Of a stretch of DNA of 64,000 nucleotides, positions 39,300 through 51,273 are shown piece after piece. This DNA comes from Kudoa neothunni (taxonomy: Eukaryota; Animalia; Cnidaria), in contig OZ199840.1 of the NCBI GenBank assembly GCA_964304625.1, positions 6,575,252-6,639,251 of the forward strand, given 5' to 3'. Within the stretch, counting starts at the first letter, position 1. The number at the start of each line of letters is the position of its first letter. Both the position numbers and the translations under genes were made by a program. The notes beneath the pieces were generated by a model. That model made no database searches and had not been told where the DNA came from. It was given only the letters and a program-made list of their open reading frames with translations.

Positions 39300-41150
39300 C
39301 CGTAAATCCTCGTGTATAAGCCGCACCCACCATGCCAAACTAATTCTATCCGTCATCCCAATACATACTTTCATTCATTTAACACATTTAATTTAACCTA
39401 GTCACTTAAGTCATTCGCCAAGTCTACTGTTTGTGTCTGTCGTTACACGCACACGTTGGCTGGCGGAGTTGTACTCCACCGAAGAGTGATCTCACCTTTG
39501 CAGAGATAGTGTTACGCCTGTACTAGATTATAGTGAGCATGAAACGAACCATCCAGCACATTTTTAAGCTATGTCATCGAGAAGGGAAAATTACGACTCC
39601 GCGTTTAAACTGAAAGTTGTAAATGTGGCTTTGGAAACTACCAACCGAAATGTTGCTGCTGTTTTTGGCATAAATGAAAAGCAAGTTCGCGAATGGAAGA
39701 AAGCTCAAGATAGCTTGAAGATGATTCCACGATCAAAGTGAGTGAGAAGAGGAAAACAATGTCAATGACTCGGACTAGAAACCTCCTTAGTTGCTTGGGT
39801 AACAGAAAGAAGGGATGCAGGTTTCATCGTCACCAGAAACAACATTCAAATAGAGGCTATGAACTAGTCCAAGAAGAATCGTGAGTTGTGTCAAAATTTC
39901 AAAGCTTCGCGTGGTTGGTTGAGCAGATTCATGGCAAGAAATAATTTAGTCTTATGTCAACAAACGAAAATTCCTCAAAAGCTACCTAAAGACTTGGAAG
40001 ATGAAGTAATTTCATTTCAACAATTGATCATAAAACATCGCAAGCATCTCAATTACTTTCTCAGCAATATTGGAAATATGGATGAAACTCCAATGTTTTT
40101 CGATATGGTTGGGAGCAAGACGGTAAACAAAGTCAGAGAAAAAGAAATATGCGTGAAATCAACGGGGAATGAGAAGAAACACTTCACTGTGATTTTAGCT
40201 TGTTTAGCCGATGGTGATTTTCAAGAGGAAAACATTTCCTTCGAAAGAAAAGTTTCCCTCTGGCATCGTTGTCCGTGCACAAGAGCGTGGTTGGATGGAT
40301 GGCATATGGTCCAAACGTCCTGGTGGCTTATTGAAGAAATGGTCGCTTTTGGTGTGTGTTATGTACATAATCTGTTCCCAGCTACGACAAAATCTTGGAG
40401 GAATCCTTTTATTTTGTTGGATTTTGTGTCATCGTGTTTTCTTTTGCTGACCGCTTTTTAAATTTGGACACAACAGTGTGGGACAGGTTCAAGTCTCATC
40501 TTGTTGAACGTGTCAAGCAGCGTTTGCAGCAAAATAACACAGACTTTGCTGTCATGATTGGTAGTTTGACATTAATTCTCCAACCCCTAGGTGTTTCACT
40601 AAATAAACCTTTCAAAGATAGACTTCGAGCAATGTGAAATGAATGGATGATATCTGGAGATAATCAGGTTACTTGTGGTGGAAACCTCAAAGTCCCTTCT
40701 TTAACCACTGTGTGTCAATAGATTATCCAAGTCTGGAAGGGTTTGAAGCCCGGAATAATTTTAAAATCCTTCAAGAAATGTTGCATCAGCAATGTGGTGG
40801 GTGGAAAAAAAGATGTTTTATGGGAGCATGACGTAGAAACTTCACTTTCTGATTCCGATGAATTCGATCCTTACGACAACACTATTTTACTCCATGAATG
40901 GAATCAAGTGTTATAGATGTCGCATCACAGTGACCAAGACTAATTACCTCATTACTTGTGTATAAATGCTGTATATTTCCTAGTGTCTTATCGTTGAATA
41001 AATTATTTGTGCATTCTAAAAGGTACGTTAACCCCAAAACATGGTGATAAGTTTATAGATATAATTTTTAGATTGCGTGTATAAGCCTCACCCCGAATTT
41101 TAAACAAAGTTTTGGGTTCACAGGTGCGACTTATTCACGGGGATTTACGG
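39300..41150 (+). mobile_element. pogo (POGK-like) DNA transposon; decayed transposase 39571-~40916
   Basis: ~28-bp TIR CCGTAAATCCTCGTGTATAAGCCGCACC; Brinker-like YDSAFKLKVV, FKASRGWLSRFM, GNMDETP, WDRFKSH, LQPLGVSLNKPFK. Confidence 0.93.
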
Positions 41151-41342
41151 TGTTTTCAACAAAATAAAATATAACAAATAAATATTAAAGAAAAAATCAC
41201 AATATATTTAGAGGAATTTGTTGTTATTACCATAAAATTGGTTTACTGTAGTAACGAATAGCAGATGAAACATAAACCGAATCCAGCCGAATTGTTAACA
41301 ACATTTTAAACATATCTTTTTAGATTTAACATCCCATTGTAT

Positions 41343-41898
41343 TCATTTTATATAAAAAATAGACAGAAAAAATATTATCACAATTAACACTTGGTAACTG
41401 AGCAAACAATTACCACCTAATAAATCAATACATATTAGATTAAAATCTGACAAAGCTCCTCGGGCCGCAAAAAAGTGATCGAAGACCGCACGTTGTCCAT
41501 CACCACCATATACAATGCGGCTTTTCGCCATAATTAGGATTTGTAATGTTACACCGCATTGTGTTATTACACTTTACAGGTGCATGGGAATGTATAAATT
41601 AATCAATTTATGCACATAGGTTTAGAAGAGTCCAGTAAATGAGATCTATAGAGTCTCTGGAACTCACAAAGGAAATTCGTTTTGTGCAGAATATGACGTG
41701 CCTGCTCAATATTGGCTACTGTGCAACTGTTGATTCATTCCGACGTGATTTTATTAGATTATTCACAAAATTTACTACTAAGAGAGGGTTAAAACTAATA
41801 ACAGCTACGATAGAAATGGCCGTATCATTCAAAGGTGTTAATCGAATCTTTCGTTGTGCATGTGCAATCGCTCGGCAAATAGTCGTTACATTTTTCAT
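41343..41898 (-). CDS. putative small multi-exon gene head-to-head with Hsp110
   Basis: Spliceable exons ...EFQRLYRSHLLDSSKP|IVITQCGVTLQILIMAKSRIVYGG...; family unknown; the 3' end may extend further. Confidence 0.4.
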
Positions 41899-41999
41899 CG
41901 CTCAATAAAACAGGATATAAATTTGTCATTATTTTCTACGGTTTGAACTGCTAATAGGAATGGAGGTTCAAAATCTTGTTAACTTAGAGTGATGTAAAA

Positions 42000-42028
42000 T
42001 TCCTGAAACAGATAGAACTTTCTAGAAC
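42000..42028 (+). promoter_or_regulatory. heat shock element (HSE)
   Basis: Perfect GAAnnTTCnnGAA (42015-42027) plus an in-phase TTCnnGAA (42000-42007); TATA-like TATATAT ~42044-42050; about 65 bp before the Hsp110 ATG. Confidence 0.8.
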
Positions 42029-42092
42029 TATCTTCGACTCAAATATATATCGGTAAAACTCGTGATCGTGCACTAACGGAGTTTTGTCCCAT

Positions 42093-44528
42093 ATGTCTGC
42101 TGTAGGAATAGATATAGGCAGTGCTACATGCTATGTGGCTGCAACAAAAACTAGAGGAATAGAAACGCTGGATAATGACTATTCTGATAGACGCACACCT
42201 TGTTACGTGTCGTTTACTGAAGCTAGAAGGTTTTGTGGTACATCTGCGTTCAATCAAGCCGTAACAAATGCATCCAACACCGTTTCTGGTTTCAGAAATC
42301 TGCTTGGTCTTAAGTTTAGCGATCCTGAGGCACAACGCGAGATGGCTCTTAATCATACTATAAGATACGTCCGTATGGAAGATGATGAAATAGGTATCAA
42401 AGTTCGATACCTAAACAAGGAGGAAATCTATTCACCAATTCAATTGGTTGCAATGATGCTTAGTCATATAAAAGAGTCCACTTTAAGTGACTTGGGTGCT
42501 TCTCCAAACGTCGTGCTGAGTTGCCCTATGTATTTCAATTCAAGGCAACGGCGAGCATTGGCAGCTTCCGCCCATATAGCAAACATCAATCTGATGGGAA
42601 TCATAAATGATACTCTAGCCACATCCATCACCTATGGTCTCTATAATACTTTCACCAAGGCCGATGCTAACAACACCTCGAAGATAGTGTTGTTTGTGGA
42701 TATTGGGTATTCGTCAACTCAGGTGTTCCTGACCAGATACGAAAGCAACAAAATTGCAATTATTTCATCGGTTGGTTCCAATCGTTTCGGTGGAAGGACT
42801 GTTGATAATGTGATGGCTGAACATTTTGCTAAGGAATTTTACAACAAATATAAAGCTGATCCAAAATCACACCCAAGAGCTTGGTTGAAGTTGACAAACG
42901 AGATGTCTAATGTTAAAAAGAAAATAAACTCCAACAACTCTGTACTTCCCTTTGGAATCGAATGCTTTTTGGATGATCACGATTTGGCTGGTAGAATTGG
43001 TCGTGATGAGATGGCTCAAATGTGCCAAGCAGAATTGGAAAAAGAGGTTGTTGCGCTGATCGATCAAGCTGTCAAACAATCGATTGTTCCTATTGATAAC
43101 TTTAGCAAACAGGTTTCCAGCATCGAAATTGTTGGTGGGAGTACTCGACTTGTGATGGTGAAGAACCTCATTAGCTCCACACTGGGCGGTGAAATTAGTA
43201 ACACGCTGAATTGTGATGAGGCTGTTGCTCGTGGTTGTGCGTTGTATTGTGCTAAACTTACACCTACTATTCAAATGAAACCATTCGATGCCACCGACCT
43301 AGTTTGTTATGATGTGAAAGCACAGGTGCACATTGGCAGTAAGTTGTTGGAAGAGGTTGATTTGTTCAAGCGAGGAAAGCCTTCTCCTTGCACTTGTCTA
43401 ATGTCTGTGGAACCAACCTCCAATTTTCGAGTGGTTCTTCAGCAACTTGTCCATCCTGAGAGAAAATGCTACTGTGATGTGGGTGAGTGGAACATTCGTG
43501 GAGTTGCCAAGGATGTCCATGGAAACGCCCAAAAAGTTAAGGTTCGTGTGAGACACGACCAAAACTCCTACGTGGTAGTTAACCAAGCTCAAATGTTCGA
43601 AGTTGTTGAAGATCCTATCGATGCCGGTGCCAGTGAACATGTTTCTCTGGAGTCTGGAGAAAATGTTGCTACCGCCGCTTCAATTGGTAGCGAAATGAAG
43701 GAGAATGAAAGTCCGATGGAAAAAAACGCTGATAAAAAATCCCCAATGAGAACTATCAATCTAACCGTGGAACAAATTAGTACTGGCATCTTCAGTGAAA
43801 AAAGTCTTCAACACTTCCACAGTATTGAAAATGTAATGCTAGCGCAGGTTGCATCCGAAAAAGAACGCACGGATTCAAAGAACGCTTTCGAGGAGCTTAT
43901 CTACAACATTAGAGATAAGCTGGATTCTAGTTGGAGAGAGTTTGCTTCGGAGTCCACATTGAATTCCATTAGAGAACACCTCACCCAACAACAAGATTGG
44001 TTGTATGACGAAGGCGATTATCAACCAGCCAAAGTGTTTTTGGAAAAGTTGGCCGAACTGAAAAATCTTGTGAAACCGATTGAGGAACGATTTGCCTTGT
44101 CGGAACAGATTGCGCTACTCTTCAATGAATTCAACTCGGTTATTCTCCATTACAATAAAATTCTTGGTGTGTACGCTGATGCGAAAATTCAACAATACAA
44201 ACACATTCCGTCTGATATGATGGGTCAAGTCAATGATCTCACAAACGAAGCTATTGCCAAAGTGTCACAAGCTCAAGACAAATTTAGAACATGGAATAGA
44301 ACCACCAACTTCCCGCTCAAGATTCAAGATCTATATAACTATATGAATGATTACAAGAAAAAGTGTGAGACTATTGTTAACATGCCCATCCCGCCACCAG
44401 AGAAACCCGCCGCTGAAAGTGGCAGTGATTCACCCGATTTTGCTCCCTCTAAAGAGACCAATGCAACTGACGCCACCGAGAATCCCACCCCAAGCAAAAA
44501 AGATGTAGACTCCAAAGCTGAAGTCTAG
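42093..44528 (+). CDS. HSPA4: Hsp110/HSPA4-HSPH1 family chaperone (Hsp70 nucleotide exchange factor), intronless, 811 aa
   Basis: MSAVGIDIG, GIETLDNDYSDRRTP, IEIVGGSTR, TLNCDEAVARGCAL, acidic loop, KNAFEELIY, QDWLYDEG; no EEVD. Confidence 0.93.
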   Translation: MSAVGIDIGSATCYVAATKTRGIETLDNDYSDRRTPCYVSFTEARRFCGTSAFNQAVTNASNTVSGFRNLLGLKFSDPEAQREMALNHTIRYVRMEDDEIGIKVRYLNKEEIYSPIQLVAMMLSHIKESTLSDLGASPNVVLSCPMYFNSRQRRALAASAHIANINLMGIINDTLATSITYGLYNTFTKADANNTSKIVLFVDIGYSSTQVFLTRYESNKIAIISSVGSNRFGGRTVDNVMAEHFAKEFYNKYKADPKSHPRAWLKLTNEMSNVKKKINSNNSVLPFGIECFLDDHDLAGRIGRDEMAQMCQAELEKEVVALIDQAVKQSIVPIDNFSKQVSSIEIVGGSTRLVMVKNLISSTLGGEISNTLNCDEAVARGCALYCAKLTPTIQMKPFDATDLVCYDVKAQVHIGSKLLEEVDLFKRGKPSPCTCLMSVEPTSNFRVVLQQLVHPERKCYCDVGEWNIRGVAKDVHGNAQKVKVRVRHDQNSYVVVNQAQMFEVVEDPIDAGASEHVSLESGENVATAASIGSEMKENESPMEKNADKKSPMRTINLTVEQISTGIFSEKSLQHFHSIENVMLAQVASEKERTDSKNAFEELIYNIRDKLDSSWREFASESTLNSIREHLTQQQDWLYDEGDYQPAKVFLEKLAELKNLVKPIEERFALSEQIALLFNEFNSVILHYNKILGVYADAKIQQYKHIPSDMMGQVNDLTNEAIAKVSQAQDKFRTWNRTTNFPLKIQDLYNYMNDYKKKCETIVNMPIPPPEKPAAESGSDSPDFAPSKETNATDATENPTPSKKDVDSKAEV

Positions 44529-44842
44529 ATTTTGCCGTAATATGTTTAGTAGTGGTATTGTCATAGCTTTTTGATAGTCTCGAACCGTTTGGTTTATTAA
44601 AAATGTTTTATAATTTATTAGTATTGTTTATCGCGCATGAAATTTTGTTCGTGTTTTTTTAATTTTGCGTTAATATCCTCAACCTAATGTTTAGTTTTTA
44701 CTTTAGTAAAGCGAATATGTTAATTTGTTTGATTTCCGAGTTTAATGCGCCCATAATTAAGCGTGCATTGCTGTGAAACGGTTATCTCGTTTTAGCGTGA
44801 TTTCTTTGGGCTTAGTCCTGCCGTCTCTGTTGGGTTAGGAAT

Positions 44843-45269
44843 GCCAAGGACAGATAGCTCGATGGTGCGGTGACTGGACTCAATACTCCGAGGTAATGGG
44901 TTCGATTCCCGTTATTGATCAGTCTACTGTTTCCGTGTGAGTGTGTCTCATTCCGTAATGGGAGCTGTTGTTAAATTTCGATCTAGCAGAGGAGGTTGAA
45001 TTGACGTCTAAGTCGTTGCGGATGCATCAGCAAGCTTGAAATCTCTGTAGAGCCAAAGTCCTTGAGGATAAGGTTTGGGGTGGTGGTTGTCCTGGAACGA
45101 GGATGTTTAATGGGTTAAAATCCAACATTACCGCAAAAAGATAAGGGGCGATGGGGTAAATGTTACATGTCCTGGGGTGCCTACAGCGTTAACGGGGACG
45201 GTCTAACCAACCATAACTCCACCAATTAATAATTTGCATCAGGGATTTTACCTTAAAAAGAAAAAAAAA
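44843..45269 (+). mobile_element. tRNA-derived SINE, full length
   Basis: A box TAGCTCGATGG, B box GGTTCGATTCCC, tail TTTTACCTT+poly-A; degenerate TSD GTTGGGTTAGGAA / GTTGGTTTAAGAA. Confidence 0.85.
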
Positions 45270-45376
45270 GTTGGTTTAAGAAACAATAAGTCATAGTTAC
45301 TAGAACTTGGTTTGTTAATATTTGATCTTTATAATTTCATTTCCTGCGATATGAACGGAATTAAATGAATTAAGTT

Positions 45377-47960
45377 GATAATGGGGGGTATCCTACTACA
45401 AAAGTTCGGCATGTTCGCGAATTCGCAAAGTCACGATTCTTATATTCCATGATTTAATTCATTTTTAAAATATTGAGTGACCAAAAAAAATCAAAACTTC
45501 AATTCTAGAATGTTACCTAAAAATCACTCACGCTTCGGCATCAATCGACCGTCGCGCATATCAGCGCACACATATTTTCGCCCCTGTTTTGACGTAATTA
45601 CCCTTCAAAAGCATACAATTTTAATAATTTTTAAATCTATATCATTTTTTCGTTCATTGGAAAAATTTTATATATAAATTGTTGCACACATAGAGGAATA
45701 ATACTTAATATTTTTATTTTGGATAAATATAAAATTGAAAGTAATTTGTCATATTTCTTAAAAGGTGTATAATGATAAATTTATACATCATTACGTTAAT
45801 CTGTTTCAATATAATTCCATCATCATGGTGGACTTTGTAATCCAGCTTCAATTTTACCTCATTTTGTTCCTCATGAATGCATTATTGGCGCACCTATGTG
45901 GTAAAGGATAGATAAAAACTCTGATGTATGGGAAAATTATCTCAAATATAACACTACGTCTGCAGGTGACAAAAAGGAAAAAAACAATATATAGACTGAT
46001 TTATTCAATAATGAGATCGAACAATGCATATATATATATATATATGTTAAAATTAATTTTATTTTTAATATTTATTTTCAGACGAGATTATAGGACTCAT
46101 TTTTCCTAGCATCTTCACATTCTTTGGTGAAAATAACAAGTTAAGAGAAAATATATACTTTCGAGAATATTGACGATATCACTAACTTAGATTAACGGTT
46201 ATTTCCGTGATGATTTAGATTATACAATCAAGACATTACAAAATCTTGGATTGACACCAAGTTATTGTAAATGTTTGTGTGGCGGTCAAAATTTTTTTGC
46301 TAAAAGGAAAGATACTGATGATGGATATCAGTATAAATTCACTTTATGCAGAAAAAAGATATCGATTCGAAAGGGAACAATTTTTGAAATATCTAGACTT
46401 CCGTTGTGAAAGATCTTCATATTTATCGTTTCGATAATTCAACACCCATCCATGACTTATGAGGAAATTCGAAAACATGTTGGAATATCTTCCAATTCCA
46501 CCATAAGTGAATAGAAAAATGTAATATATGATTTTATGGCCTCTAAATTAGATGAGGAATTTTCAAAAATTGGCGGACGTGGAGTTATCGTTCAAATTGA
46601 CGAGACCGCCATATCTAAAAGAAAATACAACGTGGGAAGGATTCTTCGTAATCAACAGTATTGGATGGTTGGTGTTATCGACGAGAATGGAAATTTTTTT
46701 TGCGCATAACTCAGAGAAGAAATAAAGACATTCTTGAAGGAATTATCCTTGACAGCGTCGAAGAAGAGTCGATCATTTGGACAGACGGTTGGAAAGGATA
46801 TAATAGCTTGGCTGAGTTGGGTTTTGGACATAGGGTAGTTAACCATCGAAGGAGGTTTGTTTCCTCTGGGGGGAATACATACTAACAAAATCGAAGCTAC
46901 CTGGGGCTTTTAAGCGTAAATATCGGAATTCAACGAATAAAAACCCAGAGACGCTTCCTCATTACGTGGCTGATTTTATTTATGTATCAGAAAAAAATAT
47001 TTCGCCAAAGAATTATCAACGTTATTTAAATATATAATGATAAACAATAATATATTTTAACTTTGCGATGTTTTCCGATGTGAGTCGCAGTCACTGTAAT
47101 TTAGCCAATCAATCTATCTTTGGTGTATTGAAGAACACAGATGTAGATTGACAGCATTAACATAAATTTTAGAAAAAATATTGGCTATGGAATATTTCAA
47201 CGAAGAGAGAAATTTTGTGTGGATCTAATAAAATAGTTGAAGTTGACGAATGTCTACTAAGGAGGCGCTATAAGAACAATTGAGAAAAATATATTGGCAA
47301 TGGCAAATTGTTTAAAATAGCAAATTAATACGCAAAAGAATCTTAGTCAATTAACGCCTTCAGAAATGATATCCCAAAATAGTGTGAAAATATAATTTAA
47401 ATTATTCATGGTATAATTATTCCCCTATAATATATTATCATTATATATTTCTTGATTCCATCATGCATTCGCACGCTTTAATATATATTCATTCGATTTA
47501 TTGGCTAAATTTAGTACTAAGGCATATGAAAACAATATATACACTAAAAAATAAATTATATTATACTGTTCTGAAGTATGATTCAAGTCATTTGTAAAAT
47601 TGACGTTTAGAAATTGCAATAGCATAGCCAAATAAAATCTGAACGTTAACTCTAATAAATAATGCCTGCCAGGAGCTTTTCAATGAATCTAAAAATGATA
47701 TAGATTTAAAACTTTTTAAAAATGTTTGCTTTTGAAGGTTAATTACGTCAAAGACAGGAGCGAAAATGTGTGCGCGCTGATATACGCGACGGTCGATTGA
47801 TGCCGAAGCGTGATTTTTGGGTAACATTCTATGATTGAATTTTTGATTTTTTTGGTCACTCGATATTTTAAAAATGAGTTAAACCATTTGATATACGAAT
47901 CGGGACTTTTTTAATTCGCGAACATGCCAAAATTTTGGAGCTGGATATTCCCCCATTACC
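45377..47960 (+). mobile_element. Merlin (IS1595/ISXO2-like) DNA transposon with ~280-bp TIRs; decayed transposase ~46150-46990
   Basis: Arms 45377-~45663 and ~47679-47960 are inverted copies; motifs ISIRKGTIF, IGGRGVIVQIDET, KRKYNVGR, IIWTDGWKGY, HRVVNH, TNKIEATW. Confidence 0.92.
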
Positions 47961-50599
47961 TAATGTTCTTATGTCTGTCAGTGTGCGTGTTTGCAGCAGT
48001 ATGCATGTGTCATGGAGAAACTTTTTTTAAACACAGCTTTTAGTTTTCATTTGAATAGATAATACAATTGATAAAAATCGTTCATCTACCTAGAAGTATA
48101 AATATAATCAACACCGAAGTCAAAAGTAAGAGATTTTCTGGTTGTTCACTCAAATAGCCGATTACAAAGTATCTGGATAGTATTTAATGTTTATTTACTT
48201 CAGAGTAATAGTCAATTAGAATGAACTTTTACCCGCTGTACACTAGATAAATATTTTAATTATGGTATAAAATGTTGCATAAATGTTACATGTGTCTGTT
48301 TGGAGTAATTTTAAGACAGATAATGCCATTAGAGCCATATTTACAAGAGTTATTGCATTTCCCTTCAAATTTGAAGCATAACCAAATTATTTCCTATCCT
48401 CAGGCCTTAAGGTTAATATTAAAATCAATATACTGTTTTCTTTAGGCTCGCATTAATTCATTATGATATAAAAGCTGCATAAAAATATGCGACACCGCAT
48501 TCTATACGTAGTTTAAGAATTTATATTCACGATTACTTGTGCACAAAATACAGTCGCTTCGCAATCTCAATACGTACTATGTAAGTTAATAATAAATTAT
48601 TAGTCTATTCGACCTAACCCATATTTTCCTAAAGTTTTCGTTAATTTAAAATTAGTTCAATACGAAGAAATTTTTTTAGGGCAATCAAACAGCACGCTAA
48701 TTTTTAAAGGGGTGAATTCCTTCAAGAAAACCAGTTGATGTTTAAGCATTACTGTAATTTTTCAAACCAATAACACCTTTACATTTTTGATTTAATCGTA
48801 TTTTGTTAATTAAATACGTATATTTTTGAACCAGTAAGTATTTTCGATAAAAAGCAAGGTTGGATTTATTTATAAATGGTGGAATTTTGTTACAATAGTG
48901 AATACGTAAGTTACCACTCACAGATTATTAAAACCTCATTAACATCCTTTATAAAATTGCAAAAAAAGGAGTAACAATTACTATTTTTATTTCTGACTCA
49001 TCTTAGGTCGATTTTATTTTTTTATCGTTTGTAGACTAATAATACATTTTATAATTAGGATTAATTTTTATCGTAAGATTTTGAAAATAACTGAAAGTCC
49101 CGTTTAAGTTAGTTAATGATTTTGTTTCACAAATAACTGAACTTTAATCGCTAATTACATTTCTCTTAAAATTAAGGTCATCATAGTTTTGGTCAATAAT
49201 TTGTAAAATATACTTAAAATTATTAATTAATTTCTCTCCATACCTCTATTTATATTTGAATGAAAAGTGTGCGCATAATTTCGTTTATCTAAATCGTCAC
49301 ATTGCAAAAATAATGACATGCTTTAAAATGCATAAATTAAAATGGAAAAATAAAATTTACAGGGTTGAAAGTGCTAATTAGATTAACTCTTCTGTAAAAT
49401 TTCTCCATTCAACAATAAAATTAAAGTTAAAATTTTCCATCACACTGTACCAGGCAAAACTGGGCATTAGCGCTATTTACTTAAAAATCAAAAAGGCTTT
49501 AGTCTGCGCCAGGTGTTAGCCCACATGACTGGGAAAGGAAGTCTTCGCGAAGCGGGGCTTTTGCGCTAATTTTAAATAGTTTTGGTTAAAAAATCAGAGT
49601 TAGATTTCTACTCCATTTTTACTTGGAAGGTATCGTTGAAGTAAAATTTTTTATATTTAATTGATACACTTTTTTATTCCTTATATTTATACTATAAAAA
49701 CGGTTACAAGATTAGAGTGAATTATGGCCATTTATCTTGAATTCATTGGGTAAAAAAATGACTTTAAACATCACGAGGGGTAAATTTCTACTCTATTTTA
49801 TTTGGAGGGTTAGTAAATAAATCGTAAAAACTTAATTAATGCATCATTGTCTTCTTAGTTTAATCTAATTTAATTTGGTTTTTAGTTAATATAATGCAGA
49901 AATCTTTTATAATTTTCATCCATCCAAATAATTAATGGATGAAAATTTTGAATTATCTAATTAACTTAGAAATGAGCCCGACTATTAATACATTAAAAGA
50001 AAAAAATAATAAGATATTATTTTTTTATCGAAAAAAGTTAAAATGAAACTGGAATAATATAACGAAATTAACTTCATTTAATTCTTAAAACTGGTTATAT
50101 ATTCATGTAGGGTCAAATACACAAGATTTTTTGAGTGAGCTACGCCTTATCATATATAGACTGTGGAGACTTCGTATTCTAGCCAAAAGAGAATGAAAGT
50201 CTGATTTGAGTTTGAAACTGCTGCATGAATCGATTGTTCAAATTTAAGCCTAACAATAACAGTACACAATTCAGAAATGGTTAATAGGTTTTAAAGAGAT
50301 CATACACAATAATATCACCTATTTTGGTTATTTTTTAAATAGAAACTAGAATGAATCAAAATTAAACAACAAAAACTCTGCAACTGAAAGTTAAAATTTG
50401 AAATGTTCCAGAATTTACGTCCAGTAGAAACATTTTTGTTGGTGTCACGGTAATAAATAAAAGGTTTTCGTTCATCACATATATCCATATAAAAATGTGT
50501 ATTATATATGAGATCACCATAAAATTATGACTATTAAAACGTTTGTATATAATAGTTTATCTAAGAAAAGTTTTGTAAAATTTTGGCCGGCAATTTTTC

Positions 50600-51273
50600 A
50601 AAATAAATGATTATTTTCGTTCACTAAAACGGTCATTAAATTTGTGTCTAAATATTGACGATATACAAATTTAACCACCAATGGTAGAAGATGGTTTGTC
50701 ACCGTTATAAACTTTCACGTCATCTAATGTGGATAAAAATTTCTGTATATACTCTAGTTGTTTAGCCACGAAATGATATTTATATCTCAATGCTAAATGC
50801 GATTAGGTTACTTTGCCCACATAAACACATACCTTTACACCAAAAACCAAAAATGTTCTTGTGATACCTGTATTTTGATAATCGATCACGGAATTCTAAT
50901 AGTGCTTTTTGAGAATGGGTGCCAGTTACACTTACATATTGTCGGAGCTTCCGCATGTCTCTTTCTAATCTTTTCTCTGCTTGAAGAAATTTATAGTGAA
51001 TTTTACAAACAACGCTAATGCTTTTCCACATCACGGGCTATTATTGAATATATTGATAGATTAGCGTAAACATAAAAAATCACATACGTCTTTTTCTGTA
51101 TATTTTAAAAAATCGGTTCGAGTTGGATATTTTACTTTAAAGGGTTTTAGAACATTGACCATTTCTAGAGTATGATTAGTGCGTAGTTTTCCAAATAATT
51201 TTCTATAACGTTTCCTTTTTTTCGCACGTATTGTATTTTGGATCCTTATGGGTTTTCTTGGAAAAAACAACAT
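50600..51273 (-). CDS. uncharacterised basic, helical multi-exon protein
   Basis: MLFFPRKPIRIQ...YTEKD | GTATG...AATAG | PVMWKSISVVCK...; FGFWCK | GTATG...TTTAG | ALRYKYHFVAKQLEY; introns restore the frame. Confidence 0.55.

Noticed and set aside
41450-41720. Rhodanese-like similarity (DSSKPIVITQCGVT)
   Set aside because: Too short, and the catalytic-loop spacing does not fit; left as uncharacterised.
42039-43789. Minus-strand ORFs overlapping Hsp110
   Set aside because: Antisense shadows of a long coding frame, with no motifs.
44843-44920. tRNA gene
   Set aside because: A and B boxes are present but there is no proper cloverleaf, and it continues into a repeated body with an A-tail and TSD, so it is a SINE head.
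45477-47827. Two similar small ORFs (MLPKNH...) resembling duplicated genes
   Set aside because: They are chance translations of the two Merlin TIR arms.
50100-50400. MULE transposase remnant (FEQSIHAAV)
   Set aside because: A single weak motif with no TIR or TSD found.
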